DNA of 64,000 nt. It comes from Azolla caroliniana. Lineage: Eukaryota > Plantae > Polypodiophyta. Where the stretch lies: positions 25,606,001 to 25,670,000 of the forward strand of contig JBHGNT010000004.1 of NCBI GenBank assembly GCA_043228905.1. Direction: 5' to 3'. A program made the position numbers and the translations under genes. The stretch's first letter is position 1. Every line of letters begins with the position of its first letter. Shown piece after piece: positions 28,101 through 41,000 of this stretch. The notes below the pieces were generated by a model that saw only the letters and a list, made by a program, of their open reading frames with translations, was not told the origin of the DNA and made no database searches.

Positions 28101-31100
28101 GGGAATAGTCCTGATCAAAGCGAGGGGGAAGAAGGAGATAGTGAAGAAGAGAATGAAATGATGGATGCCAATGATCCATCAACTGAAATTACAGAAGAGA
28201 GAGAATTTCAAAATGGGAGAATTAGAAGAAAAGTTATGTTCTCCACAGACTCGGTGAAGGTATAAATGAACTTTATTCCTTTTTTGTTAGTATCATGCTT
28301 CATGAAGTTTGGTGATTTCACTGCTGAAACTATCTATAAAACCATTTGTATATGCAGAAAGGTTAAAGTAGCCCATGTGCTCAAATGATGTTTATTAACA
28401 ATTATCAATCTCAAACTATGCTGTCACTTGCATGAAATAATGAATGGCATGGTGATAAACATTCAACCATAAAAACAAATTCTATACAAATGGCTAATAT
28501 GATATAAAGAAGAGCTATGATATGTGCCAAGTCTGGTGTATCATATCATATGCAAAGTTCATGTGGAAGATGATACCTGGAAAATCCCCCTTTTGGCTAG
28601 ATTTGTAGTCTTTTTCTGCATCCAAACTCAGGAAGTATTTCAGCGTTACATGGCAGTAATAAAATCAACTATAATCCAATAATGGATGATAAAATTGATT
28701 CTTATGTTACCGAAATTCAATGAGCCTTCCTCTCATTGTTTGCATTTACTTTCTTTCATCTGATCTGCTTTTGGTTCAGTTCGATAATTTTTTTGTTTCA
28801 TGTCACTGACTTCTACAAATGCATGTATTTCTATTGTGATGTCTATTATAGTCATTTAGCTTCGCAGGTATGGTTGGTGCCCATTGATGTATTTTTACTT
28901 GAGAGCAAAGTGTGATGGCTAGTCAAGGAGAAATTTCAATGGAGAATTGTACATGTGCTCAAATGATTTAGATGATATCATTAAAGTTGACATCCATCTC
29001 TGTTGGGTTTCATTGTTTGAATGTGTCGACCATTCCAGTTTCTTGGGAACTAAATTCCTGAGCATGTTTGAACAAATAAAGAGCTGACCAAAACCAAACA
29101 GTGATATACATCTCTGTAGGTTATAGGAATAAGAAACCTATGGTGTGCCTAGGTTACAACTATTGAAAATGATTCACTCTGGTATTCTAGAAACTGTTTT
29201 CAGGAACTTTCAAGATCAATGTGATCCTTGTGCATCAAATATGAGATTGTTAAAATAAGCATGACCTTTGAAGACTGTTAAGCTCCAGCATGATCCGTGA
29301 AGTTCAGTATACAGATTTTCTCTTTACTTTTGACGGGAACTAATGAGGTCTTTTAAATTGATATGAAGATATAGTTCACTGAAGGGTATCGTCTATAAAT
29401 TAACCACTCGTGCTTATATGTCTTTATGATATCTATAGTGAGTTATATGTTTTAATCCATAACCTAAGGGATACATGCTGCCTATGTTTATTGCAATGGA
29501 AGTTTGTGAGCTCATCTTTACACACCTATTTATGAACTGGAAGCATGACATTGTATCTCAATTTTTTTGCTAAAAAATTAGATTGAATCTACTGCAGGGA
29601 GAAGAGGACGGCAAGGAAGGTAATAGTGATACTAGTAATGATGATGAAAGTAGTAGTGCCAGTGATGGAAATGACACAGATGCCAGTTCTTTAAGTAACA
29701 GTGAAGAATCTGAGAACGATGATGGTGCCGATCTGGAAATGAAACTCACAAGGCAAGCCATAGAACAGCGTGCAGAGAATATATCTGAAGACATTTCTAC
29801 ATATCATGATAATGGTTTGTCATATTGTTTTTATGCTGCTGAGTATTGTAAATGTGCATTTATAAGATGGCCTTCGTGATTTGTTAGTTAGTTTTTGACT
29901 GCTTCTTGAACTTAATTTCTATTGTAGGGTTTGGAAATGCTACAAAATGGAAAGATAATCTCATAGATCGTGTCAAGTCTCAACGAACCATGACATTGAT
30001 GCAGCTGGTATATGGTCAATCACGTGAAGCTGCTTCCCAACAAGTCGGAGCTCATGCAGATAGTGATGATGAGAGTGATGATGAGCTTTTCAAAGTAAAA
30101 AAGAGACATTCAGAGGTGAATATGATTTTCATAAGTCTATTTGATTGCTTGTGCTATTTGACAAATTTTTATATTTAACACAGGATTTGAAGGATAGGAA
30201 ACTTGACATTGAAGATATTGATGCAGAGGATTGTGTGAAACTTGATATGACATTTGATGAGTTAAAAGAATGGGAGGATTCAGAAATTATGGAAAGTGTT
30301 CGAAACCGATTCGTGACAGGCGATTGGGCAGCTGCAGCTCGACGAGGAGAGAGCCATGAAGATGATGACGAAGATGATTCAATGGCAGGTGATTTTGAAG
30401 ATCTGGAAACAGGCGAAAAATTTGAAGGAAATAAAGCTGTTGAAGATGAGAATCCTGATGGTAAAAGGAATGAGAAAAATGACGACGAAGAAGAAGAGAG
30501 AAAGCTCAAAAAACTGGCATTAAGAGCTAGATTTGATGCACAATATCCTTGAGGCATGTACGACCAATTGAACTGATGAAGTAGAATCAATAATGTGCTC
30601 TATTTTCCTATATTTGACCTGACTGTTCTTTAATATGGGTTCTATTTTTCTAAATTCAATTGGCTGCTTTTGTCCATTCTGTCTCTCTTTCTATCAATGA
30701 TGCACATTATTTTTTCTCATTCTTTGCATTGATGATGAATTGCATTCTATCTGCTTCATTGCTCCCATTTTTTTCTCTGGAGGAACAATTTTTAATCTGC
30801 GGTTGCAAAATTTACATCAACTAATTCTTAACAATAAGCACATATGATGGGAAGGACCCTGTTGATGGGGACGCTGAAATTATGAAAAAGAAGAAAAAGC
30901 AACTTAGCCAAGTGGCCCAATCAGATTATTTTGACAAGGTACGTGTTCAGGATCATCTGCTTTTGTATTTCTTGCAATGATAGTCTATTCATAGTCTTGA
31001 ACCTTTCTTCAGCTTAAAGAGGAAATCGAGCTTAGAAAGCAACGGAATCTGGCAGAGCTTTCTAATGTAGATGAGGAGGTGCGCCTTGAAATGGAAGGGT

Positions 31101-33174
31101 TTAAAGTTGGGACATACCTACGATTGGAACTCCATGGTGTACCATGTGAGATGGTACAATACTTTGATCCAAAGCATCCATTGTTAGTGGGTGGAGTTGG
31201 TGCGTTGGAGGAGGGTGTTGGCTATATCCAAGCTCGTCTGAAGAGGCACAGGTGGCATAGAAAAGTTCTTAAAAATCGGGATCCATTAATTGTATCAGTA
31301 GGGTGGAGGCGGTATCAGACATTACCTGTATATTCATTAGAAGACCGAAATGGCCGTCATCGGATGCTCAAGTATACTCCTGAACACATGCATTGCTTAG
31401 CTACTTTCTGGGGTCCATTGACTCCCCCAAATACAGGCATTGTTGCCTTCCAGAATTTGTCAAATAATCAGGTGCTTTGTGTGCTATTATTAAAAATATG
31501 AAAAGTATCGATCAGATTTCTGAAAAGAATTGTAATTTTCTTGCTGCTGTTCAGGAGTTCTTTAGGATCACAGCAACTGGAGTGACTTTAGGATTCAATC
31601 AGTCAGTTCAGATAGTCAAGAAGCTGAAGCTTGTTGGATATCCTTACAAAATCTTTAAGAAAACAGCATTCGTAAAAGACATGTTCACTTCTCCCCTAGA
31701 AGTGGCTCGATTCGAAGGAGCAGCCCTTCGCACTGTCAGTGGTATACGAGGTCAAGTAAAGAAGGTATTATAACTCTTAAGAATGATATGTTGATGAGCA
31801 TTGGACTAATGTGAATTAGCAAGGCTAATTAAACTACCTGTTGGTACTATTGGTCTCGTGTCACCAATCATTCTCTGTATGCCTTTTTGCAGGCTGTAAA
31901 GGCAGGGCAAGGGAAGGAAGGAAGCATACGATGCACCTTTGAGGATAAAATTTTGATGAGTGATATTGTCTTTTTGAGAGCATGGGTGAACGTGGACATC
32001 CCACGGTTCTTCAACCCTGTAACGACGCTTCTTCAATTGCATGGATCAGTTTGGCGAGGAATGAAGACGGTGGCTGAACTGAGAAAAGAGAAGGGTCTTT
32101 CTATTCCTGCCAATAAAAATTCCATCTACAAGGTGGGTTTTCTGGTTTTTATCTTTGCTTCTTCAGTGAAATTCTGGAGAAACATAAATATCTAAAAAGC
32201 ATCAAAGTAGTTTAATGTTAAATTGGCAGCTCAGAGGTCACTACTTCCTGAAGCCAACATCCCACTTGGAATCCTAACTATCCGTGCTTTTAATACAGGA
32301 AATTGAGAGGCAACCTCGGCATTTCAATAAGCTGAAAATACCTAAAGCTCTCCAGGCTGAACTCCCTTTTGCTTCCAAACCGAAGCTGCAGAAGGAAAGA
32401 AGTAAACCAACTCTGGAAGCTCGTAGGGCAGTAGTTTTGGAGCCTCATGAACGCAAAGTGCATACGCTTGTTCAGCAACTGAATACTATTAGAAATGAGA
32501 AGGTATAGCATTTATCCTATGTACATCTCTGTTTGTCATGTGCATATTCTAGATCCAGCTTAGTTCTGGTCTGAGAATTTGAAGTGTTGCATACAAATAG
32601 TAATTATGAGTAAAAGAGAAAATAGAAGGTCCAAAACTTTTTACCTAAATAAAGACGATTTTAGTTTGTTACACAATAAATCATAACCACTAAAAAGGTT
32701 TAATGACATTATGAGTAAAAGAGAGAATATAAGCCCCAAAACTTTTCACGAAAATTTGTCTATCTAATCTCCATGCAAAAAACGACGATCATGACCCACA
32801 AATGATGAGATAAAAAATAGTGGCCCAAAGACAGAAAATGACTCCATTTGTCTTTGATTTTCATTAGAATAAAAATCAGAAGCAAAAAATGATGATTAGT
32901 ATTTAAAATTTATTGAGCATTTTAAAAGTTGTTAAGAAAGTGTAGTTTAAACTCACCCAAGGCTCAATGCAATATAACTGTATCTATTCTATAGCGTGGT
33001 GAAAGTTTGTGATATTTTTTCTTGTAGGTTAAAAAGCGGAAGGAGCAACATGTTAAAAAAAGGAAAGTCTATGAGGAAAAGAAAGCCCAAGAAGAAGTAG
33101 AAAAGAAGAAGAGGCGTCGAGAGGACATCAGGGGCCGGTTCCGGGAGGCTGCGAAACGCAAGAAAATTGAGTGA
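25147..33174 (+). CDS. BMS1: Ribosome biogenesis GTPase BMS1, multi-exon (includes one AT-AC intron)
   Basis: Exon 1 spans 25147-25272. P-loop GPPQ|VGKT, then [89 protein letters not shown] and [17 protein letters not shown]. Last exon 33028-33174 ends in TGA. Confidence 0.96.
25258..25575. repeat. About 158-bp tandem duplication spanning BMS1 exon 1/intron 1 junction
   Basis: CAGAAAAACCC(C)AAGGTTCATTGTTTTCC... begins at 25258 and 25416 and is nearly identical in both copies. Confidence 0.92.
30543..30841 (+). other. U12-type (minor spliceosome) AT-AC intron in BMS1
   Basis: 5' end ATATCCTT (30543-30550), branch site TTCTTAAC (30825-30832) and AC end at 30840-30841. Removal restores ...FDAQ-YDGKD... 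in frame. Confidence 0.9.
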
Positions 33175-35249
33175 TTTAAAGTGGGAATGTTCTGAAAGAA
33201 TGGCCATATGTTGACACTTTTTCCTCCTTTAATTCCTCAACAAAGATGTACATGTTTAAATGGAATGCGAACAAGTACATAATTATCCAGGACGGGGAAT
33301 GACAGAATAGTGGAGAGCTCTAATGTGGTGTTTGGATCTCAGTGCGATGATCTAAGTTGGTGGTGCCTTATGATAATTATTTTATCGTCATTGCAACAAG
33401 AGACAGAGAAAGAGGTATCTGGAATACTGTACCATTGGAGGTTTGTATTGTCCTTATAAATTGATTGGGCCATTTTGAGAGGTGCTCAAGTTTGTCATGT
33501 ATAGCCCTACAATTCCTAGGGTTTTATGCACTTCCTCGCAAGATTTTCAAATGTGGACCATTTTTATTTCACAAATTTTGAAAATAATGAATGAAATCCA
33601 CAAGTACTCGACCTTTGTATTAAATTGTGAATTGGTTTCAATGATTCAGTTATTAATACCTTTGAGGTGTCATTTTGGATAATATCTGTGGTATAGTTGA
33701 TGGGGTTGGCTATGTAGTTCCTGGGAACGTGATGACTTTTGTATCAATTTCACAACTTTATAGAGTTTTGATGATTTTGATTCATCATTCGCAATGGTGT
33801 ACACATATTCGGCAATGGTATAGTGTGTTTTCATATATTCTTGCATCACTGTGTATACTAAGTGAATTTCAAGGTAAGCATAATATGTACATGTATGCTA
33901 TATGAATGTTGAAGGCAATGTATGATGTATACATGTACAGTATCCGATATGTATACAATGTGAGCCAAGCAAGATGTGCATTCACTAAGTGAACTTTCAA
34001 TATATTGCTTATTGTATATACTGTGATGAAAATTGTTGTTTTTTTTGTGTGGATCATTTGTAGATTGTAGGAAGATGTAAACATCATTCTTAAGTGGTTT
34101 GCAGCTGAAACTCACAGTTCTGACTGAGAAGCACAATCAACAAGAATAGGAATTAACCAGAGGATGGCTGAAGTTACAAAGCTTTGTTTAGTGCCATGAT
34201 GGTCTGTGCTAATCACATGAAGTTAGGCTTGCATTGGATTGCCACAATCATGGTCTTTTGGGTGATGGTGATGGTGATGTTGTTGTTGGGGCATAGGAAG
34301 GCCACTAGGTGATTGTATTGCGTTTAGGATGGATGGTAATGGAGGTTTGCTTGGTGGTTGCATCCTTACCCACATTGTAGAGTTTGGCATGGAGGCATTG
34401 AGCATTGAATCTTCTTGTTGCTATGAGATTTTGGTGATGACCTTCTGTTTGGCATACTCTTGGCTCATTTGATGCTCGTGAAGATTCACTCACTCAACAA
34501 AGTTTACATGCAATGGTGGAACCTCCAATGTACTTGACCAAGAAATTGATTAGGACTTGGTGAAACTTTGAGATCCAAGATTGATGTGCTAAGAAGATAC
34601 TATATAACATTTCAAACTAGAAGGTTTTATATACAATAATTCAACCATAGGTTGATAGAATAGGTAGAATACTATGATGGACCATATGATTATTAAGCCC
34701 AAGTAGAAAGTAGATTAGTGGAACCCTACTATTGAAAGATGTCTCCCCCTTCCTATCTGCAACTATGTTGTCCTAACTCAATACATGTTCGCGTTGTATA
34801 CAACCTATTGTAACATTGCCACATCTGACATCATGCAATTTGTTGCCATGTTGAGGATGGGGAGAGAATCTCTCTCAAATATCATATTGGCCCCAATTAC
34901 ACAACCTTAATCAATTTTGATTGCCAACATGATTCCCCATAACTCTCTTTCAATATGGGGATACCCTCTTTACTATTCATTTAAACTTTGGCTTTGAAAT
35001 GTATGAAATGTTTTGTCTCATACAATACCATCTCATCTATTCGGTCCCAACTGTCAAATTTGTTATCTTTGTCTACTTGGCTAAGTACCCTCCAAATTCT
35101 TATTGGACTTGTGTTGATTGTAATCATGATCAGAGTTTTGGAATTGTAATATAGCTTCTTTAGCACTAGAGTGTCAATAAATGGCTTCTTTAGCTTCATC
35201 ATAGTTTGACTTTACTGTCCAATACATTTGAACCTTTTCCCTTTCTTTA

Positions 35250-35890
35250 GTAACTGATATTACATATCAACAATGTTCACATAATGTAGTATCTATATAT
35301 GATGGAATGTTGATGCCCCAAGAACCTTTCTCACTTCCAACCTTGTCTCACATCTTCCTTCATCTTTTGAATTGTCTTCACTGTTGCCAAAGATGCCTTG
35401 TATGTTATTGTATGATTTGTATAATCTTAAGCTTTTGATGTTGAGGATTTGTAGTTGTTAAAATGCCTTTTTATTACTTGATAGAGTTGGGTGTACTAGT
35501 TCGAGCTTCCTCAATATCCTCTAACAATTAGATATGTGATCAATCAAGTGCACACTTTTGGCACTTGAGTCAATCTTTGATCTCATATATTATCCGTCTT
35601 TGCAATCAACATTGTTATCGTTTTGAGTATAATCTCATGGACCTTTAATGGGATGTGTCATCTAAGAACAACATTGTTATCGTTTTGAGTATAATCTCAT
35701 AATACCTTGTTCATCGTGTTCATGATATGAGTGACCCAATTTGTTGGGCCTTGTGGTAGATTGCACATTTTTACTAAACCTATCCAAGTCTGCACTATTG
35801 TGATACAAAGGTTGCCTATGACAAGTTGTGATTGCTGACCGAGTGAATAGATTGCCCGACCCACAAATGCTTCAATCCAATTCATAATTA
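35250..35890 (-). mobile_element. Degenerate Ty3/Gypsy reverse-transcriptase remnant
   Basis: GLVKMCNLPQGPTNWVTHIMNTMNKVL resembles the Gypsy RT 'LVRMCTLPQGATNSVAHMQ' motif and is followed by decayed 'DDIPIKG' and 'LEEARL'-like stretches. Confidence 0.7.
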
Positions 35891-37604
35891 TGAATATTCA
35901 CTTTATTGAGTACATCATTTCTAGAATCCACTCACTTTTGGAAAATAAATAAGTTTTCCATTAGATTTAGGATTATGTGACATTTTTAAATGTTGACAAT
36001 TTCCTTATATATGTGTGTATCTATGAATGAGTGTTTCATTATTATTTAGCACCATCTCATTTAGCATAAAGTATGCAAACTACTTTTAAAATATATGTAC
36101 ATTTAAATGGCCCTTATGGCTTACATAGAGCAAGCTATTTTCAATTTGAATTGAGTGCTAATTCTTGGCAATGTGCTATTCAACTTGTGCATTTGGATTT
36201 GCTTGGTTTTTGGTTGAATTTTCATATCTAACAATGTACATCGTTCACTTGACATTGGCCTTTGTGAACCTTTCAGTGAATCTTCATATGTGTCCATGAG
36301 AGGCCGATAACTCATTTTGATGGTATATTCATATGATGCTAGGTGAACTAGTCTGACATTCTGACAAACTTCCATTTCTCTACCCGTGGACATTAAAAGG
36401 GCTTAGGTTCTATCTAACCAGAGTTTTGGGGATACACAAGGTTACCATATGGCATGGGCTTACCAAATAGTACCAATAGAAAATTGATGAACTAGGGAGG
36501 GGGTCAAACCAACAAGACTAAAGGAATGTGAAAAATTCCCAAATTTTGAGAAACCTTGTCATCTATAGGTGGAAGTACAAAAATCTACAATGACAAATTG
36601 ACGAGGTTACAATCGATCAACATTCTAAGTTGTAGAAATTCATAACTTTACCAAAAGTTAGTTATTTTCTTAACATAGATATATTAAAACAACCACGACC
36701 TACCAACTCAAGTACATGTCATTTACCAATCAAAGAAGGGTTTAGATGACCAACACTAAGCTGGATGAGTGATACCCCATGTCTAAGAACAATGTTGGGT
36801 GAAGCTATTCCTCGGGACAAATGTGCTCATTTATCTCTCCACATGTAAATTCCCCTTCAATTTTGCTATGTGTAGAGAATATGTCATTGTTGTTGTTCTT
36901 CTTCTATAGAGTTAGTTGTCCATTTTTTTCGACAATCCCTAGAGTGAATTGATGTATGTATTTTCAACATGGAATCATCCTGTTAACTAATTTCAAGCAG
37001 AATGAATGCAACCTAAGCAAGGGCCTTTTTGCCACACTAACTATCAGAATAAGTCTTGACGAAATTTGACGGACGCGGTCAAACATTCGACACACATCTA
37101 TAGCCGAACCAAGACGACATTACCAAACAAGGATCGAGTTTGGGGAGGGCATGTATATACATATGCCATTTGTTATATAGCGTGTGCACGTGCGATGCTT
37201 CAACTGACCGCCAGAAGGAATAAAGAAAGGGAAACGTGGCATTTGACCCGGTCTTTCATCGAGAGTGCGAGAGACGAGGGGTTGTCGTCGTGATGATGAA
37301 GCCCCCAAGAGTGATGGATTAATGAACGATTGAATCCGATTTGACTGGTATGGAAACAGAGGCTTCTGATTCCGATCCTGCACCGCGTGAGCGGAATGAA
37401 AGATTTTTCTCGAGAGAGCGGAAGGAGTGGTATGGGGCCGGTCCCTATGCCCATAAGGAACAACCCCCCCCTCCCCTGCCTCTCACCAAGACTGAATTTG
37501 ATTGAACCTGCCTCTTGTGCTGAACAGAGCAAATACACATTACAAGCAAATACATACCTTCAGAGATGTCTTCTTTAACCTAAGATTATGTCTGTCAGAG
37601 ACGC

Positions 37605-37648
<44 letters not shown>

Positions 37649-37938
37649 GCACACAAACACAGCGTCATTCTCTTGATTGTGCCTTCACCCTCAGCTTCAT
37701 CCAGGTATGCCTCCTTTACATCTCTTCTGATCAGATGTCTTGATCCGATTAGGGTTTAGGGTGTTTGGAGCTATAGTATTCAAAGCCGCTCTGTTTCCAA
37801 CTATGATGGAGATCAAGACGAGGATCAAAGTTGCCGATAACTGAGAATTAGGGCTTCAAGTCAATCTTCAGAGGAAATGAGTAGACAACAGGGTTTGGTG
37901 TGATTACTCTGTTCTCAAAGAAAAAAAGGTTGGAGACA

Positions 37939-38046
37939 ATGTATAATCAAAACTCAGAGATGCCTAAATTCAGACCTATACCACCAACACCAACACCATT
38001 ACCATTACCACCACCACCACCACCACCATCATCATCATCGTCGTCG

Positions 38047-38092
<46 letters not shown>

Positions 38093-41000
38093 TGTCGTCG
38101 TCATCATCAGCGGACCCTTTTGTCTCACCTTTACAACCACACTATGCTATGGTCAGACCTCATCAGTACAGTTTTCCATATCCTAGGGTTCAGACTCAAC
38201 CACCATTAGGGTTCAGACCGTCTCCACCACACCTGCTAGGTTTACAAGAAACTGTAAATGTACCACATCATCCATTATCAGAAACCCTAGGTTTAAAAGG
38301 AACCCCAAATATACCAACACATCATCATCCGTCATCAGAAACCTTATCTTTACGACCTGTACCTCCCCCCTCTGCGTCATTAAATATACTAGGTGTACCA
38401 CCTGTACCACGACCACTGCACTCATCCTTTCCACAACCTTCCATATCCTCACAATGGGTTGCACAGGCACATTTCCGGCCATTTCCACATCCACATGGTC
38501 ATCCAAATTTGCCACCACATGGCCACCCATTCCCGCCACCAAATGTCTATCCAAATCCGCTACCACATGGATACTCATTTATATCTCCCCCACCAGGCCC
38601 ATTTCAGTCTTCCTCTTTTCATCCACCTCTCCCAATAAGTTTGCCATCTGACAACCATGAACTTCCTCCTCCTCCTCCATCAAGTCCTCCTCCTCCCCCT
38701 CCTTCAAATAATGAGGAATCTTCTTCAATTCCTGATAATTCTAATCCAGACCCTCTGGCACCTCCTAGGCCAAACAATTCTGATGTCCATGTCTTGGAAC
38801 CATCTTTGGTTTCCAATAAGTCTAATGTATGCCCTCCTGAGCCTCCTAGGCCTAATGATCTCGAAATGCTAAAGAATATTGATGTCTTGGCCGCCTTTGT
38901 TGCTAAGAATGGCCCCCGGTTTGAGAGCATGGCGAGGGCTCGGCAAGCAGGAGACCCAAAGTTTGCTTTTCTGTTCGAGAGCGATTCGACCCCCGAAGCT
39001 TCAATTGGTCATGAGTATTATAAATGGAGAAAACAAGTTCTTGCATTGGAAGTAGAAAAAGGAAGCATAAAAGATGGGTATTCGGAGATGTATGGATCTG
39101 TCCCAGATTCGAAGGTTGCAATTGGTCAACCTCGATTGCATGACGAAAGCAATGGTTCACCAACCATGTCAGATATGGACATGGAAGGTATGTAAAATTT
39201 CTTAACTTAATTACCGAAAGTATTAATCCAATGTCGATTCAGTTGTTGTTCTCATATGGACCCAAAACATGTAAGCTACGAAAAATTGCTTTCTGAGTCA
39301 CAAAGAATATTTATGACTGATATGGATGTGGAAGATACACGAAATTGCTGCGTTATATTTACTTCTGATATGGACAGGGAAGATATGCAATTGCTTTATT
39401 AGCTAGGAAGACATTTAATGTCTGGTTTGTACATTGAAAGTATGCAATTACTTTATTACCCAAGACTATCTGTATCCTCCTTGACTTTATCTTATTATGG
39501 GAGATTTTAGGATTTTAAGCTGTTCTTATGGCATGGAAAGTATGCAATTGTTCCTAATTATCTCTCTCCGCACCTCAATTTTACCTTTGTTGTGGGCAAT
39601 TCAGTAATTTTGGACTGTTTCCATGACTGCCGCAATTTTGATTTCATCTTTTTCAATGCTGATTTTGTAAAGATATGATTTTGTGCTCACTGGGCTAGAT
39701 CAAGAGTCAATCGTTGATGTTTCTCTGGTACCATTTAACAGATGACTTTCTACCAACATCATCTGTGCAAAACGAACAGTCTAAAAGTATTAGTCTGGAA
39801 CTAGGGGATTCTAAGGGAGAAGCAAGGGACTCTAAAGCAGAAGTAGAGGACTCTGAAGGAGAAGCAAGGGATTCTAAAGTAGAAGTAGGGGATCCTAGAG
39901 CAAGTTCTGCCATATGCCAGAATTCCCAACTGAATACAGGACCTTCAGAAGTAGAAACCTTCAGTGGTGTCTCACAATCTGAATCATTATTTGATTCCTA
40001 TTCAAAGAGATGCAATATTGTGCGTAATAACGATAATAAAAGACAGAGTCTCATGAGTAGTCCTCATTCAGGGAGTCAGAAAGAAATCTCGCTGTCAAAC
40101 TCAGTAAATAGAAAGAATCAAAGATCAAAAACTGGTGATAATGGTTCAAGTGTAGATATTGTTGATGATCGGGATAAATTTCATAGTAAATGGATGCAGC
40201 CTGATGATGCTATCAGCAAAGCAGTGAAGCATCATAACGTTGCAGAAGAAGCTCATGCGAAGAATGCATCATCAGCTTTGCTCTTGGGTAGAACAAGTGA
40301 CTGCCTTTTCCCTGGCAGTGAAAGGACAGAACAATATTTCCAAAGCAATGCAAAAACTCCCTATGATTGTGAACAAAAGATTGCAAAATCTCCGTCACGT
40401 CCTGTCAAACAGGCATTGCCTACAACCGAGTCAGATTCATCTCAGGCTATCAAAATTAGCCATTATTCTGAACATGACACTGGACAAGGAAGTAGAAACG
40501 CTGAAGTGCATGCACAAAAGAGATCTGCTACTAATGCAGAACGTCATGAAACTAAGGATGTAGCTTTGGATAAATTTGGTAGAGTCATCAGGAAAGGGGC
40601 AGAAGAAAGTGTCTCAGATGAAGAACAATGTCGTAAAAAGCGAAGGAGAAGCTACAGCAGAAGTAGAAGCAGTAGTAGAAGCATAAGTCGAAGTCCATCC
40701 GAACAATCAAGGAGAAATGTAAGTCGTAGCCCTTCATCAGAACGATGGAAAAGAAGGCGAAGTTTTAGCCGATCACCTGTTAGGAGAGGGAGGAGGAGCC
40801 GATCGTGGAGGTTTGCAAGTTTAATTTATTGTTTTTTTATCTTGATCATATACATATACCTGTACATCTGCATCTACATGCAAGTACACAAACAAATCAG
40901 AAAATTTCATTTTTGTAGTTCTTGTCTTTTATCTTATCCTCTTCCCTCTCTCATAAAAAACACTTTATCTATACTCTGGATCAATAACCAATCAATACTT

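Noticed and set aside
28261-29597. Intronic snoRNAs in the long BMS1 intron
   Set aside because: There are scattered ATGATG/CTGA words, but no supportable box pair with a guide.
37288-37372. Possible C/D-box snoRNA (GTGATGA ... CTGA)
   Set aside because: The boxes are short. I could not identify an rRNA/snRNA-complementary guide or a convincing terminal stem.
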